Origin: Dipteris shenzhenensis
Lineage: Eukaryota
Length of the DNA stretch: 64,000 nt
Direction: 5' to 3' (one strand)
NCBI GenBank assembly: GCA_047967505.1
Contig: CM106538.1
The position numbers were made by a program, and so were the translations under genes. Positions 51,920-64,000 of this stretch are shown piece by piece; positions within the stretch are counted from its first letter, which is position 1; each line of letters begins with the position of its first letter. The notes under the pieces are model-generated. The model was not told where the DNA came from and did not search any database. It was given only the letters and a program-made list of their open reading frames with translations.

Positions 51920-54900
51920 TGTGAGAGAATGGTGAGTGAAAGAGAGCAAGAGAGAGTGAGAGCTAGAAGCTTGGAAGCTGAAAGCTGAGTTGCAATAGAA
52001 GAGTGTGAAGAGTACAACTCAATGAGTGAGAGATAAGGTTTTGTCTTGGTGACAAAACCTTAGTAGTCACTAACCATAGTTAGTGAACTAACTGCAGTTA
52101 GGGGGAAAAACCTCTTAAAGAGGGAAAAGTGCCCCTAACTAGCTTATTATATTACATTGGTCACTACTGAATTATATCTATAATTCTAACACCCCCCTAC
52201 AGTGCCAATGTCATGTACAAGGCTGATCAATCACCAAACGGATATAAGTTCAGGGCACTGCGAAATGCCTCAAACTTTTCACGTGGTAGTGCTTTGGTGA
52301 AAATATCTGCAACGTTGTCATGTGTGGACACAAAGATCATACTGATCTATCCTGCATGCAACTTCTCTCTGACGTAGTGATAGTGAACCTCAATGTGCTT
52401 CGTGCGAGCATGAAACACTGGATTCTTTGCCACTGCAATGGCACTCTGACTATCAGTGAGAATTGGAGAAGGACCCTCCAAAGACAGATGAAGATCAGCA
52501 AATAGACGTCGCAGCCAGACACATTCAACTGTTGCTGTGAAAGCTGCCCTGTACTCAGCTTCACATGATGAGGTAGCCACTGTAGATTGTTTCTTACTCA
52601 GCCAGGAAATGCAAGATTTACCCAAAAAGAAACAATTGCCACTAGTGGACTGCCTAGTGTCATAATCACCAGCCCAATCTGAATCACTGAAGAACACTCG
52701 ATTCTTTGCCACTGCAATGGCACTCTGACTATCAGTGAGAATTGGAGAAGGACCCTCCAAAGACAGATGAAGATCAGCAAATAGACGTCGCAGCCAGACA
52801 CATTCAACTGTTGCTGTGAAAGCTGCCCTGTACTCAGCTTCACATGATGAGGTAGCCACTGTAGATTGTTTCTTACTCAGCCAGGAAATGCAAGATTTAC
52901 CCAAAAAGAAACAATTGCCACTAGTGGACTGCCTAGTGTCATAATCACAAGCCCAATCTGAATCACTGAAGGCATGCATCTGCAAGTCACCCCCCCTGGG
53001 AAATAGCAAGCCAAAAGACTTCGTGCCCTGCAAATAACAGAAGATGCGCTTAACCGCCTGCCAATGCATAGTTTTTGGGCTGTGCATGTACCTGCTCACC
53101 TGAGATGCTGCAAACTGAATATCAGGTCTAGTGTTGCAGAGATATATGAGGCATCAAACAGCCTAACTATAAAGTGTGGCATCAACTAATTCTCCTGCAT
53201 CATGCATTGTGAGTTTCAGCCCCGGCTCCATGGGAATGGCTATGGGCTTACACTCATGCATGTTAAATCTGTCCAAGAGTTTTTGAACATACTTGGACTG
53301 AGACATAACAGTGCCACGTCTCTCATGAGAGAACTGGATCCCCAAATAAAAGTGAAGCAGCCCCAAATCTGACATGTCAAAGTTGGTCTACAAATCAGCT
53401 TTGAAATCTGCAATTTTGTCTTCATTGGACCCTGTGAGCAGTAAGTCATCGACATAAAGAAGGATGACTAAAATTTCCCCCCCATCCATCTTGATGTAGA
53501 GGGTGCTCTCAGTAGGACTATTGTGCAACCCCTTGCTGGTCAAAAAGGCATGGATCTTGGCATACCATGCACGAGGGGCCTGTTTCAGCCCATATAAAGC
53601 TTTGTTGAGCTTGCATACTTGAAGTACATTTGCTGTAATTTCAAAGCCCGGAGGTTGTTTGACATACACCTCTTCCAGCAAGTCCCTATTTAAGAAGGCT
53701 GTTTTGATGTCCAACTGATGAACATTCCACTCAAAATGTGCAGCCATTGCAATAACTGATCGGATGGTGGTCATCCGAGATGTAAGAGCGAATGTCTCCT
53801 CATAATCTATGCCCTTTTTCTGAGCATAGCCTTTAGCAACCAGCCTTGCCTTATATCTGTCAATGGAGCCATCTGGCTTCCGTTTGACCTTGAAAACCCA
53901 TCGTGTGCCAATGGCATGTTTACCCTGTGGCAAGTCTACAACATCCCAAGTCTGATTTTTTGCAATGGACTGCAACTCATCGTGCAAGGAATTGATCCAA
54001 TGCACATTATCCTTTGCCTCTTCGAATGTGGCAGGCTCCTCTGTTGGAAACCTGAAAGGAAAGAGTAGAGTTGACACAAAATCAAAATACTTGCTGCTTA
54101 TAGAATGAAGAAGAAAGAGGTCCTTAAGTAGGCACCTCATACAAGGTCACTGACATCACTGATGACCTCAAAGCTCCACAATCATCTCCTCAATCTGCTC
54201 CTAGATTCTCTCAATCATCCTATGTGGCTCTCCACCACCTAACTGTGCTTGTGGGCACCTAACTGTGCCTCTAGCACTCACACATAGAAACATAAGGTGT
54301 GCCTGAGGCATACACCTTGAGATATCCCAACAAACCCCCCCTCAAGGAAATGCCTCAAGCTATGTCAAGGATACATCTAGTCTCATAGTTTCTCATGCCA
54401 TCTCATGGTGGTCAAGGATAAATCTATGGCTAGGTTCTCATGCTAGCAAGGGTTCCCTTGGGTGTAAGGTAAACAAAAAGGAATACAAAAAGACCTTCCA
54501 ATGGTTATCTCCCCTGCATGTATGCACACAATGTCTGCAGGAGGTACCATGGAGCAAAACATACACATGGCCTACATCATAAGGTGACCAGAGGTGTTTA
54601 CAAAACACACAAAACACAATAGTTTATTTTCATTCATTTTGGAGGACTATCCAGGCTGAGTACCTTGACATAAAAAGAGAGATCTTGAGCATACATAGAG
54701 ATGTGTTTAAAATGCATAATCTTCATGGGATGCCTCATCTTGTGGAGGCAAAATATCCATGTCAAGGCAAGGTCTTACCACATGGGCAGTGTCTAGTGCC
54801 TTATAAGATGGTACTATGATAGAACAAGTGGATCTGAAAATCATATCCTTCAAGAGAAAAATTATCTTGTCATCTCCATAGTTGTGTAGAGAAGCATATC

Positions 54901-57726
54901 TCAGGTATCTGACCTTCATCTTTTTCTTGTACTTGGAGTCAAATAAAAGTGCCATGAGAGGGTAGATCTCTGGCTTTATAGTTGCTTCCTTTTTGGCAAC
55001 CATTGTTTTGGCAATCTTCAACAAGGAAGTCAGGTTGACATTTTCATCCTTTGTAGCATAACAAGACATTGCTTTATGTTTTGGCTTTTCACATATTTTG
55101 CATAAGCAAGCCATGAGAGGGTCTAACCCAGGTATTGGGCAGTGTCTTCTCTCTTACAGGGCTTAGAATAACAACTGAAATGCTTCAAAATACAAGCATT
55201 TAATGTAGCAAAGTCTTGTGACCAAATTTCAAACAATGATGCTTCTTCTTACATGCTTCATAGAAGTGGCTAAAATGAATACTTTCCAATCAAAACCAGG
55301 TCTAGCAATTCAAAACAAAACTGAAGCCACACTTGTACTAAAGTTATTGAAAGTTTCAAAAAACCAGAAATGCTAGAGTAGCATTTTATGTAGCATCATC
55401 TTCAAAAACTTGTCCAAAACTGTCAAAACCAAAAAGCTGAACTTGGAGGGCTTGTAGCTCACTCTTCAAAGCAAGAAAAAGAGGGCTTTCTGAAGCAAAA
55501 GAAAGCTCATATACCAGAGAGGGTCTAGCACAGAGGTTGGACGAAATGGTGCGCACTTTTGCCCGGGAGAGTTGCTACAGGCTGAAACTGAGTTTTGACG
55601 ATTTCTCCCTCGTTACTGAACCAAATGACCTGAAAAATGGCTCAAAATCTTCGTCTTGAGGTCGCCCATCTACTCCTAAGAGGGCTCAGGCAATGGCGGA
55701 GCAGGCAGCGAGTATTGAGCAACAGAAGAAATTCGCTGTTTGGAGAATGGCAGCCACCACAGACGTTTTTTCTTCAATTCCTTGCAGGTGGAAGTTCGCC
55801 CATACTAGAGGAGTTTCCAACTCAGAGGGTTTGGGCAATGGCCGTTTGTAGGTGGAGAACCAAGCTCTCAAAGATTTTGGGAAGAAGGAGGAAAATGGAG
55901 AAGAAGAAGATGAAGAAGAAGAAGATGATGTGGCAGAAATGGGCTCAAGGGGGATCAAAGGGCTCTGATACCATGTTGGAAAACTGAAAGGAAAGAGTAG
56001 AGTTGACACAAAATCAGAATACTTGCTTATAGAATGAAGAAGAAAGAGGTCCTTAAGTAGGCACCTCATACAAGGTCACTGACATCACTGATGACCTCAA
56101 AGCTCCACAATCATCTCCTCAATCTGCTCCTAGATTCTCTCAATCATCCTATGTGGCTCTCCACCACCTAACTGTGCTTGTGGGCACCTAACTGTGCCTC
56201 TAGCACTCACACATAGAAACATAAGGTGTGCCTGAGGCATACACCTTGAGATATCCCAACATCCTCCTCATCAAGAAGAGTACCCCACTGAATTAGCACC
56301 TTCCATGTGCCTTGCTGCACTGCGAGTCCTGCCAGGTAACGGAGCATCAATTTTACTCTCCCTGAGAGTCTGTAACAGCCAGTTTGGGACTGTTTTTGCT
56401 GCATGTATGTCTGCAATTTCTTGCTGCACCACCTGTTCCACTGCCTGTGGAGGGGGCAAGACATCCTGTGGCGGAACTAAAGCATTTGGAGGTTGCTGTA
56501 AATTCTGATTTGCATTAGAAAAATCAGCAGGGGAACCCAAGGCAATGGGTAGCAACCCCTCTAAGACATCCTCTGAAGAAGAAGGCATTTGAAATTCAGC
56601 CTGAGTGTGAGCTGAATTTTCAGAAAATATCACATCTCTACTTACTATGATCTTGCGTGTAGCAGGATTGTAGAGACGGCACCCCTTGCTTTCTGCAATG
56701 TACCCAACAAATATGCACTTAACGGCTATATCAGACAATTTGTGCCTAAATTCAACTGGCACATGAGCATAAGCAAGGCATCCAAAGACTCGGAAGTGAT
56801 CCACTGAAGGCTTCCTGTCATTCCAGACCTCATAAGGAGTTTTTGTTTTTAAAGCCTTAGTGGGAGCCCGATTCAAAATGTAATTGGCACACATCAAACC
56901 CTCAAGCCAGAATTTGTGAGGCATGTGTTTGCTTTTCAGCATACATCCGTCCATCTCCATGAGGGTTCTATTTTTCCTCTCAGCTTTGCCATTTTGCTGA
57001 GGGGTCAGCCTGACTGTGAGCTGATGCACAATACCCTTGCCTTTCAGAAAAGCATCAAATTCTGCAGACAAGTATTCCCCACCTCTATCTGTGCGCAATG
57101 TCTGTATCTTGAGTCCGGTTTCATTTTCAACCATGGCTGAAAAGTGTTTAAACACCGTGAACACTTCAGATTTGTGTTTCAGCCCATAAACCCAAGTGAA
57201 ATTGGAGTAATCATCAATAAATGGAACGAAGTAGAGATGACCACCCAACGATGGAGTCCTCATGGGACCACAGACATCACTGTGTATAAGCTGTAATTTG
57301 CGGACAGCTTTAACTGAACCATCCTTCTTGAAGGGGAATCTATGCATCTTGCCTAAAATGCACCCTTCACAGGCATGTGGAGGAGGTATCTCAAGAGGTG
57401 GCAATGCATCAACCATGGAATACTTCTGAAGTGTCATCAAGCTGTTGTAATGCATGTGAGAGAATGGTGAGTGAGAGAGAGCAAGAGAGAGTGAGAGCTA
57501 GAAGCTTGGAAGCTGAAAGCTGAGTTGCAATAGAAGAGTGTGAAGAGTACAACTCAATGAGTGAGAGATAAGGTTTTGTCCTAGTGACAAAACCTTAGTA
57601 GTCACTAACCATAGTTAGTGAACTAACTGCGGTTAGGAGGAAAAACCTCTTAAAGAGGGAAAAGTGCCCCTAACTAGCTTATTATATTACATTGGTCACT
57701 GCTGAATTATATCTATAATTCGAACA
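51920..57726 (-). mobile_element. Copia deletion derivative (no PBS, gag or protease)
   Basis: 272-bp LTRs at 51920-52191 and 57455-57726, TSD CATTC at 51915-19 and 57727-31, PPT at 52192-52200. Integrase ORF 56271-57455, RT 53388-54041 and RNase H 52347-53099 with a 279-bp internal duplication. Confidence 0.93.
54042..56261 (-). mobile_element. Small non-autonomous LTR element (TRIM/TR-GAG-like, 2220 bp) nested in the Copia
   Basis: LTRs at 54042-54332 and 55974-56261 (2 substitutions and one 3-nt indel seen), TSD TCCTC, PBS at 55973-55962, PPT at ~54335-54343. No pol; ORF 54707-55114 has a CX2CX4HX4C knuckle. Confidence 0.93.
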
Positions 57727-59246
57727 CATTCAACTAGGGTTTTTACACTAGAGCTAATGGGACGAGGCCTATAGCAATAGAAAAAGGTTCCTCTTGGAAA
57801 AAGCATAACAAAAAAGTGGCTATTCTAGAGATAGTGAACTATGTCCTCAAATTTGAAAATGCTTTGCAAATATAGCAAAATATATGCAGAGGACTCATTG
57901 TTCAGGGTTCTAGGGTAGCATCTCTTCCAAGTGTAGACCTAATGGGATGGAGTAGTTTGGCTTCTAGCAAGGGACTCCTATGGTATGGGACATATGTAGC
58001 TCACTGAGCCCATCAACAGACTCTCCAAACCTCAAGCTCAATGGTGATAAGGCACTAGCTCCCCTCCTTATGGGTTGCTTGTGAAAAAACGAGTGTGTAT
58101 TGGTGAATTCCCACAATAGTACCCTAGTGGAAGGGATACGTGGCATGGGAAGCAAAATTTAATAACAAACGGAGTAGCTTTCTCATGGTCTAGAATTTAG
58201 GCTCGAAGTGGTTCGAAATACAAAACCTACGACTGGGAGGTGGGCTTGATAATTCAATCCTTATGGGCTTGATTTGCAATTACCTCGAGGTTTGGAACCT
58301 AGCATGAATTTGTTATCCATAACATTGCCTTTACTTTTGGGAAAATCAGGTAGCGTGCTACATTCATAGAAGATCAACAACTAACTATACTAATATTGGA
58401 CCATGAGTTGGCCCACCTACTAAATCTTCTTCGGCCACTCTCACAAAGCAGTAGAGTAGCGATCCACTAGCCGAACTGTTACACTTGAAATGTCTTACTC
58501 TTAATTCCAATAGCAAGGAGGCCAAGGAAAATTTGAATGCTAAAGTGTCCAACTCGAGAGCAAGAATCGAAGGCAACCGATAGAAAGGGATTGTTTATAG
58601 ACAATGGACTACCAAAGGTGTGTGTACACTTACGTGTCAAGAATCCCACCGCCCTCCTAATAAATGTAAGAGTAGTGAAGAGATTCACTAGAGAGTCGGG
58701 ATCTCAAGATTTCCCCCCCGATAGTAACACATGGGTCCTAAATCCACAAAGTTCACATGTGAGCATAGCACAATAGCCAAGAGAGCTAGCTAGTAACACC
58801 GCCCCCCTTCTTTTCACGTGCCCTCTTCTAACTTGCCTCTTGACCCCTCTTCCCCTCAACGTTTTCCCCAAGCCCCTCTCCATTCTTCTTCCATCACTTG
58901 CATTGTTACGGTTCTAACCCACCTACCCTCTTCCAACCAATCCTTCACGTCAGCAAATCCAATGCAACCACCGTCTCAACCCTCTCCCTTGCAACATCCC
59001 CCCGTGATTCTTGCTCTTCACATCACTCACCGAAGGGCCCCTTGCACTCAGCCTCCACTACATCTCGTCTACAAAGCATGGGCCCCAAGCCCTCTCTAGG
59101 ACACCCACTCCCAAAGAAGTATTGGCAATTGGACCCCCATAACTACTTGGAGGTTAGGTCTACCTATCGCCATAGAGGTTCCAGTAAAGATTGTAGGCCA
59201 TCTTCTCCCTATTCTAGTGATGCCCTATGGGCCCTAGTATGTGCCT

Positions 59247-62200
59247 TGTAGGCATAGTTATAGGCACTTAGTGTATTTTGTGCCTTTTATGTCACATAGG
59301 ACACTTAGTCCTATGTGACATCTAGGACACTTAGTCCTAGGGTCTACCTATAAGTACTATGTACTTTTCTTTTCATTTTAGTCTAGTTGACGTGACGGCT
59401 CATAACTATCGACTCTTGTACCTTGTACTTGCTCTCTCGTTTATCGATCCTACAGTGGTATCAGAGCCAGCCTTACACTTGTCTTCCAGCTCTCCTCAGC
59501 CCCTTGAGTCCTCCATTGCTCATTGGAAGTCTGATCCTCTGCTGGTCGTCACTGTTCCAGCCTGTTCGAGGCTCTCCAGCTGCTGCCCAAGGCTCCCAGA
59601 GTCTTTTCGTCGCCAAAAATTGCCTTATTGCTGTTTCCAGCAGGTGCAACTGCTTATAGGCCCCTGCTGCAGCAATTTCGAGGTCTTCTACAGCACCCGT
59701 GGCCATCTGTCGCCACTTTTGTACTGCAGATCCAGGCGCCCAGCTCCCGTGACCTCTCCAGAGTCATCTGCAGGAGGCATCCTGCTATCGCAACCTGTTC
59801 AAAGACCCCCACAGGAAACACCTGCAACCACGCACTTATTTCGAGGTGCCTGAGGGCTGTTCCAGCTTCGCTCCAGCTGCCTTTTGCACTTCAATCTGCT
59901 GCAGCAGCTCCGTGGTCTGTCATACTCTACCTACAGAGGTCTTTTGGGTCTCAGCCTTAAGTTCAGGGGACCAGAAGCTGATTCACAAGCAACATTTGCA
60001 GTCTTTTACTGTTTTTTGACAGTTTTTACTGTCAAACCCTAATTTCCAACAGAAAAATTTAGGGCTTTTGACATCTGGACCTTCAACCTGTTAATACAAC
60101 ACTTTGGACAAGGTTGACAACTGAAATCCTTCCAAAAATTGAAGTTTTCAGTCAATTTCAGGTTTAGGACTGTCACATTGTGCCACGTCATCACTCAGGT
60201 CAACAAAATTTAGGGCTTTTGTGTTGGGAGCTCAATTTCAGCTGGTAACCCTGTTTCTATACCTTGCTGCACATATTTTAAGTCTATTTGCTCTCTCTAT
60301 TTCATCATCTGAGCAAGAAAAGGGACCGTGTTGCCTTGAGGCCCAGTTCAGCCTCCTGGAAATATCTGTTGTTAGCTCACAGGTGTTTGGGACAGTAAAT
60401 CATATTTTTTGCAATTTAAAGCCTTGAGGCTATACTTTGGTCACTTTGTTAGTGCATTTCTATCAGTACTATTTACAATGGCTGGAAACAATCACGACTT
60501 ATTTGGCATTCTTCGTGAAGATGATAAGTTGGATGGGACCAACTATCCGATGTGGTCCTATCTAATGAAACATATTCTTGTTGCAAGGCCCTTTTGGAAT
60601 ATTGTTTTTGGGGTTGATCTAAGGCCAGCCAATGCTACAGTGGTTGCCTCTACTGCTGGTCCCTCTGTAGAAGGTACTACTCGTGATGCCTTATCTTCTA
60701 GCACCCCTGCTGTTGCTCCCCCAACTCAGGAGCAATCAAGATGGAATGCCAGAGATGCAAATGCACATTCCTGTATTGCTTTATCATGCAAGAGAATCAT
60801 TATTCCACACATCCGATCTTGCAGGACAGCAAAGGATGCTTGGGACAAATTGGCTTCTCTTTATCAAATTCGCAATGAGACACGTGTTGCATATTTAAGA
60901 AGGCAATTGCAAGAAGTCAGTATGAATGAAGGTGACTCTATGGATGCATACCTGACAAAGGTCAACGACCTCATGGAACAACTTGCCAATATTGATGAGG
61001 TGGTGCCAAATTCTCAGCTTGTCAGTACCACATTGAACGGACTGCCAGATACATATCAAGGGTTTGCTACAACCCTTCGATTAGTGGCCATGGGTAATCC
61101 AGACCACTACTCTTTCGATCAGCTAGTCACATTGTTTTTGCAGGAAGAGCAAAGTCGAGCTAATAGACAAGCTATTATTCCTGATCATGCATTTGCTTCA
61201 CAACAGACAAGAAGAGGCAAATGGGCAAGCCTAAATCTGCGCCTAACAGTGGTAATTCCTCCAATGCATCTAAAAATACAGCAGATAAGTCAAAGAAGAA
61301 AAGATGCAACTATTGTCGCAAGCCTGGACATGACATTTCAGAATGTAGGAAGCGCATTGCTTCGGAGAAAAAGAAAGCAGGATTGATAGTTAATGCCTCA
61401 CATGCAATTGAATCCCACGAGCCAATAGATGCTTCCTGCTAATGATGCTCAGTCTTGGTATTTTGATAGTGGTGCTTCCAAGCACGTCACCTCTTGCAGA
61501 CAGTTGTTTCATTCCTTAGCTAATGCACCTCGAGGAGGGACTGTCACATGTGCTAATAATGCTTCCTATGCTGTAAAAAGAATTGGAGATGTGCAGCTCA
61601 CATCCATTTCAAGCCATCCTGTCACTTTGACAAATGTTCTATTTGTGCCTGGAATTGAAGTCAACTTGATTTCAATTTCAGCAATTGCCACTTCAGGTTT
61701 CAGAGTGATTTTTTATGGATACAGATGCCTAGTATATGATCTTCGTGATGACAATGCCATAGTTCTCACTGGCACTTTGAAAAACGGCCTTTATTACCTT
61801 GATGATCACTCAACTGCACTCTCTATTGAAGCATTTGCTATTTCAGATTCACAACTTGCTGAAACTCATCTTTGGCATGAGAGAATGGGTCATCTCAATT
61901 ATAGAGCTCTTGCCAAGTTACATTCACAGGACATGGCAAATGATGTACCTCAAACTGATACAGTTTCCAAACATGTGTGTGAGGGTTGTCTTTTGGGTAA
62001 GACTTTTCAAAAGAATTGTCCAAAAGTCTCACAAAGGAAATTGCAGCTAGTGCACAGTGATGTCAGTGGCCCAATGAGGACAAATGTCATTGGGGGGTAC
62101 AAATATTTCATGACTCTCATTGATGACTTCACAAGATATTGCTGGGTATATGCTTTAAAAGCCAAATCTGAAGTGTTCTCATGCTTTCAAAGGTGGCTGA

Positions 62201-64000
62201 ATATGGTTGAGAATGAATCAGGATGCAAGCTTGTCACCCTCAACACAGATAGGGAGGGAGAGTATATGTCAAAGATGTTTGATGCATTTTTGTCTTCACG
62301 GGGCATTGCTCACTCATGCACTACTCCTTACACTCCTCAGCATAATCCTGTTCCCAAAAGGAAGAACAGGTCCTCTATGGAGATGGCCAGATGCATGCTT
62401 AAGGCCAAGTCCTTGCCCAATAAATTTTGGCTTGATGCAGTGATGTGTGCCAACTATGTGCTGAATAGATCACCTACAAGGGCATTGAAGACTGTTACAC
62501 CTTATGAAGCATGGAAAGGCAAGAAGCCCTCACTTTCACACATGAGAGTTTTTGAGTCTCTTGCATATGTTCATGTACCATCTCAGCTAAGACATTAGCT
62601 TGATGACAAGGCAATCAAATGCATATTTATTGGTTACAGCCAGGAGAGCAGAGGGTATAGGTTATACCAACCAAATACTGGGAAGATTATTGTCAGTAGA
62701 GCATAGTCACTTTCTTGAGTTTGCACTCCTTGCTACAGCTTGCAATGAAGAGCCTTTGTGTCATAAAGATGCTTTTCACAGCAAAGAGTGGATGGATGCA
62801 ATGAAAGCTGAGTTACAATCCATTGCCAAAAATGACACATGGGAATTAGTAGATCTCCCTCCCGGCAAGCATGCCATTGGTACCCGGTGGGTCTACAAAT
62901 TAAAAAGGAAATCTGATGACAGTGTAGATCGACACAAAGCCCGTCTTGTTGCAAAAGGGTATGCCCAACAACAAGGCATTGACTTTGAAGAGACATTTGC
63001 TCCCACATCCAGGATTACTACCATTAGATGTGTCATTGCCATTGCAGCCCATCATCATTGCCAAGTGCACTAGCTTGACATCAAAACTGCTTTTCTTCAT
63101 GGGGATCTGCAGGAAGAAGTTTATGTGACACAACCTCCTGGCTTTGAGGTTGTTAATTATGAAAACAAGGTATGCAGGCTTAGAAAAGCCCTTTATGGTT
63201 TGAAGCAAGCACCCAGGGCATGGTATGCCGAAATTCATGCACACTTACTATCCCTTGGTTTTCAGAATAGCCCCACAGAACCCACTCTTTATGTCCGTGG
63301 GAGATTTTTTAGTGCTGATTTTATATGTGGATGATATGCTCATCACAGGCCCAAATACTCACCATATTGCAGCTTTCAAGGTTGATTTGCAGCAAGTTTT
63401 TGAAATGTCAGACATGGGACAGCTCCACTATTATTTGGGCATTCAGTTTGCTCATGTTGAGGGGGGTATCATGATGTCACAGTCCAAGTATATTGGACAG
63501 CTCCTTGATCGTTTTCAGTTCAAGGATTGCAAGCCAATCTCTACCCTGGCTTCAAATTTTCAGCTCATAATGGGAGCCCACCATGTGATATCACTCTTTA
63601 CCAGCAGGCTGTTGGATGTCTCATTTACTTATGTCACACCAGACCTGACTTACAGTATGCAGTATCTCAGCTCAGCAGATTCATGCACATGCCCAGTTCA
63701 CAGCGTTGGCAAGCAGTGAAGAGAGTTTTTAGATATCTAAGAGGCACTCAGGATTTAGCTCTCTTCTATGGTGATCAGGGTTCACTTACCATGCATGCTT
63801 ACACGGATAGTGAATGGGCAGGTTGTTCCGTCACCGGAGTGTCACATACCGGCAATTGTTTTTTGCTTGGCAATTCATGTATCTCTTGGCTTAGCAAGAA
63901 GCAACCAGCAGTTGCCACATCTAGCTGTGAGGCTGAGTACAGGGCAGCCTTCATCGATATAGTAGAGTTTGTGTCTGGCTTCGACAGTTACTTACGGATC
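59247..64000 (+). mobile_element. Decayed Copia retrotransposon running off the right edge
   Basis: LTR end CCTACA at 59454 (start TGTAGG at 59247 or 59192), PBS at 59456-59468, gag from ATG 60478 (KLDGTNYPMW), protease WYFDSGAS, integrase and RT YVDDML. Frameshifts, stops and an internal deletion near 62700. Confidence 0.92.

Overview
Eukaryotic, TE-dense land-plant nuclear DNA; a large-genome fern-like lineage is my guess from element types and huge TE-filled introns, but it is not proven. Most of the window is nested retrotransposon: a decayed Athila/Tat-like Gypsy (1-17022, minus) carrying a young full-length Copia (9360-14841), L1-like LINE pieces, a chromovirus, a deleted Copia holding a small non-autonomous LTR element, and a Copia running off the right end. 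One clear host gene is present: 13 in-frame minus-strand exons (41630 to 29963, 471 aa) encoding the catalytic half of the O-GlcNAc transferase SEC. Its upstream TPR exons are absent and the preceding exon appears cut at ~51550. The most unusual part is a compact three-gene island at ~23.2-28.8 kb. It holds a BAH-like-domain gene, a convergent highly divergent histone H3-like gene (start codon ATG>ATC), and a divergently transcribed two-exon gene with an acidic tail. Between the last two lie six 69-70 bp modules with conserved inverted-repeat arms and variable spacers. My hypothesis is a mobile-element-borne chromatin module; no transposase or termini were identified.
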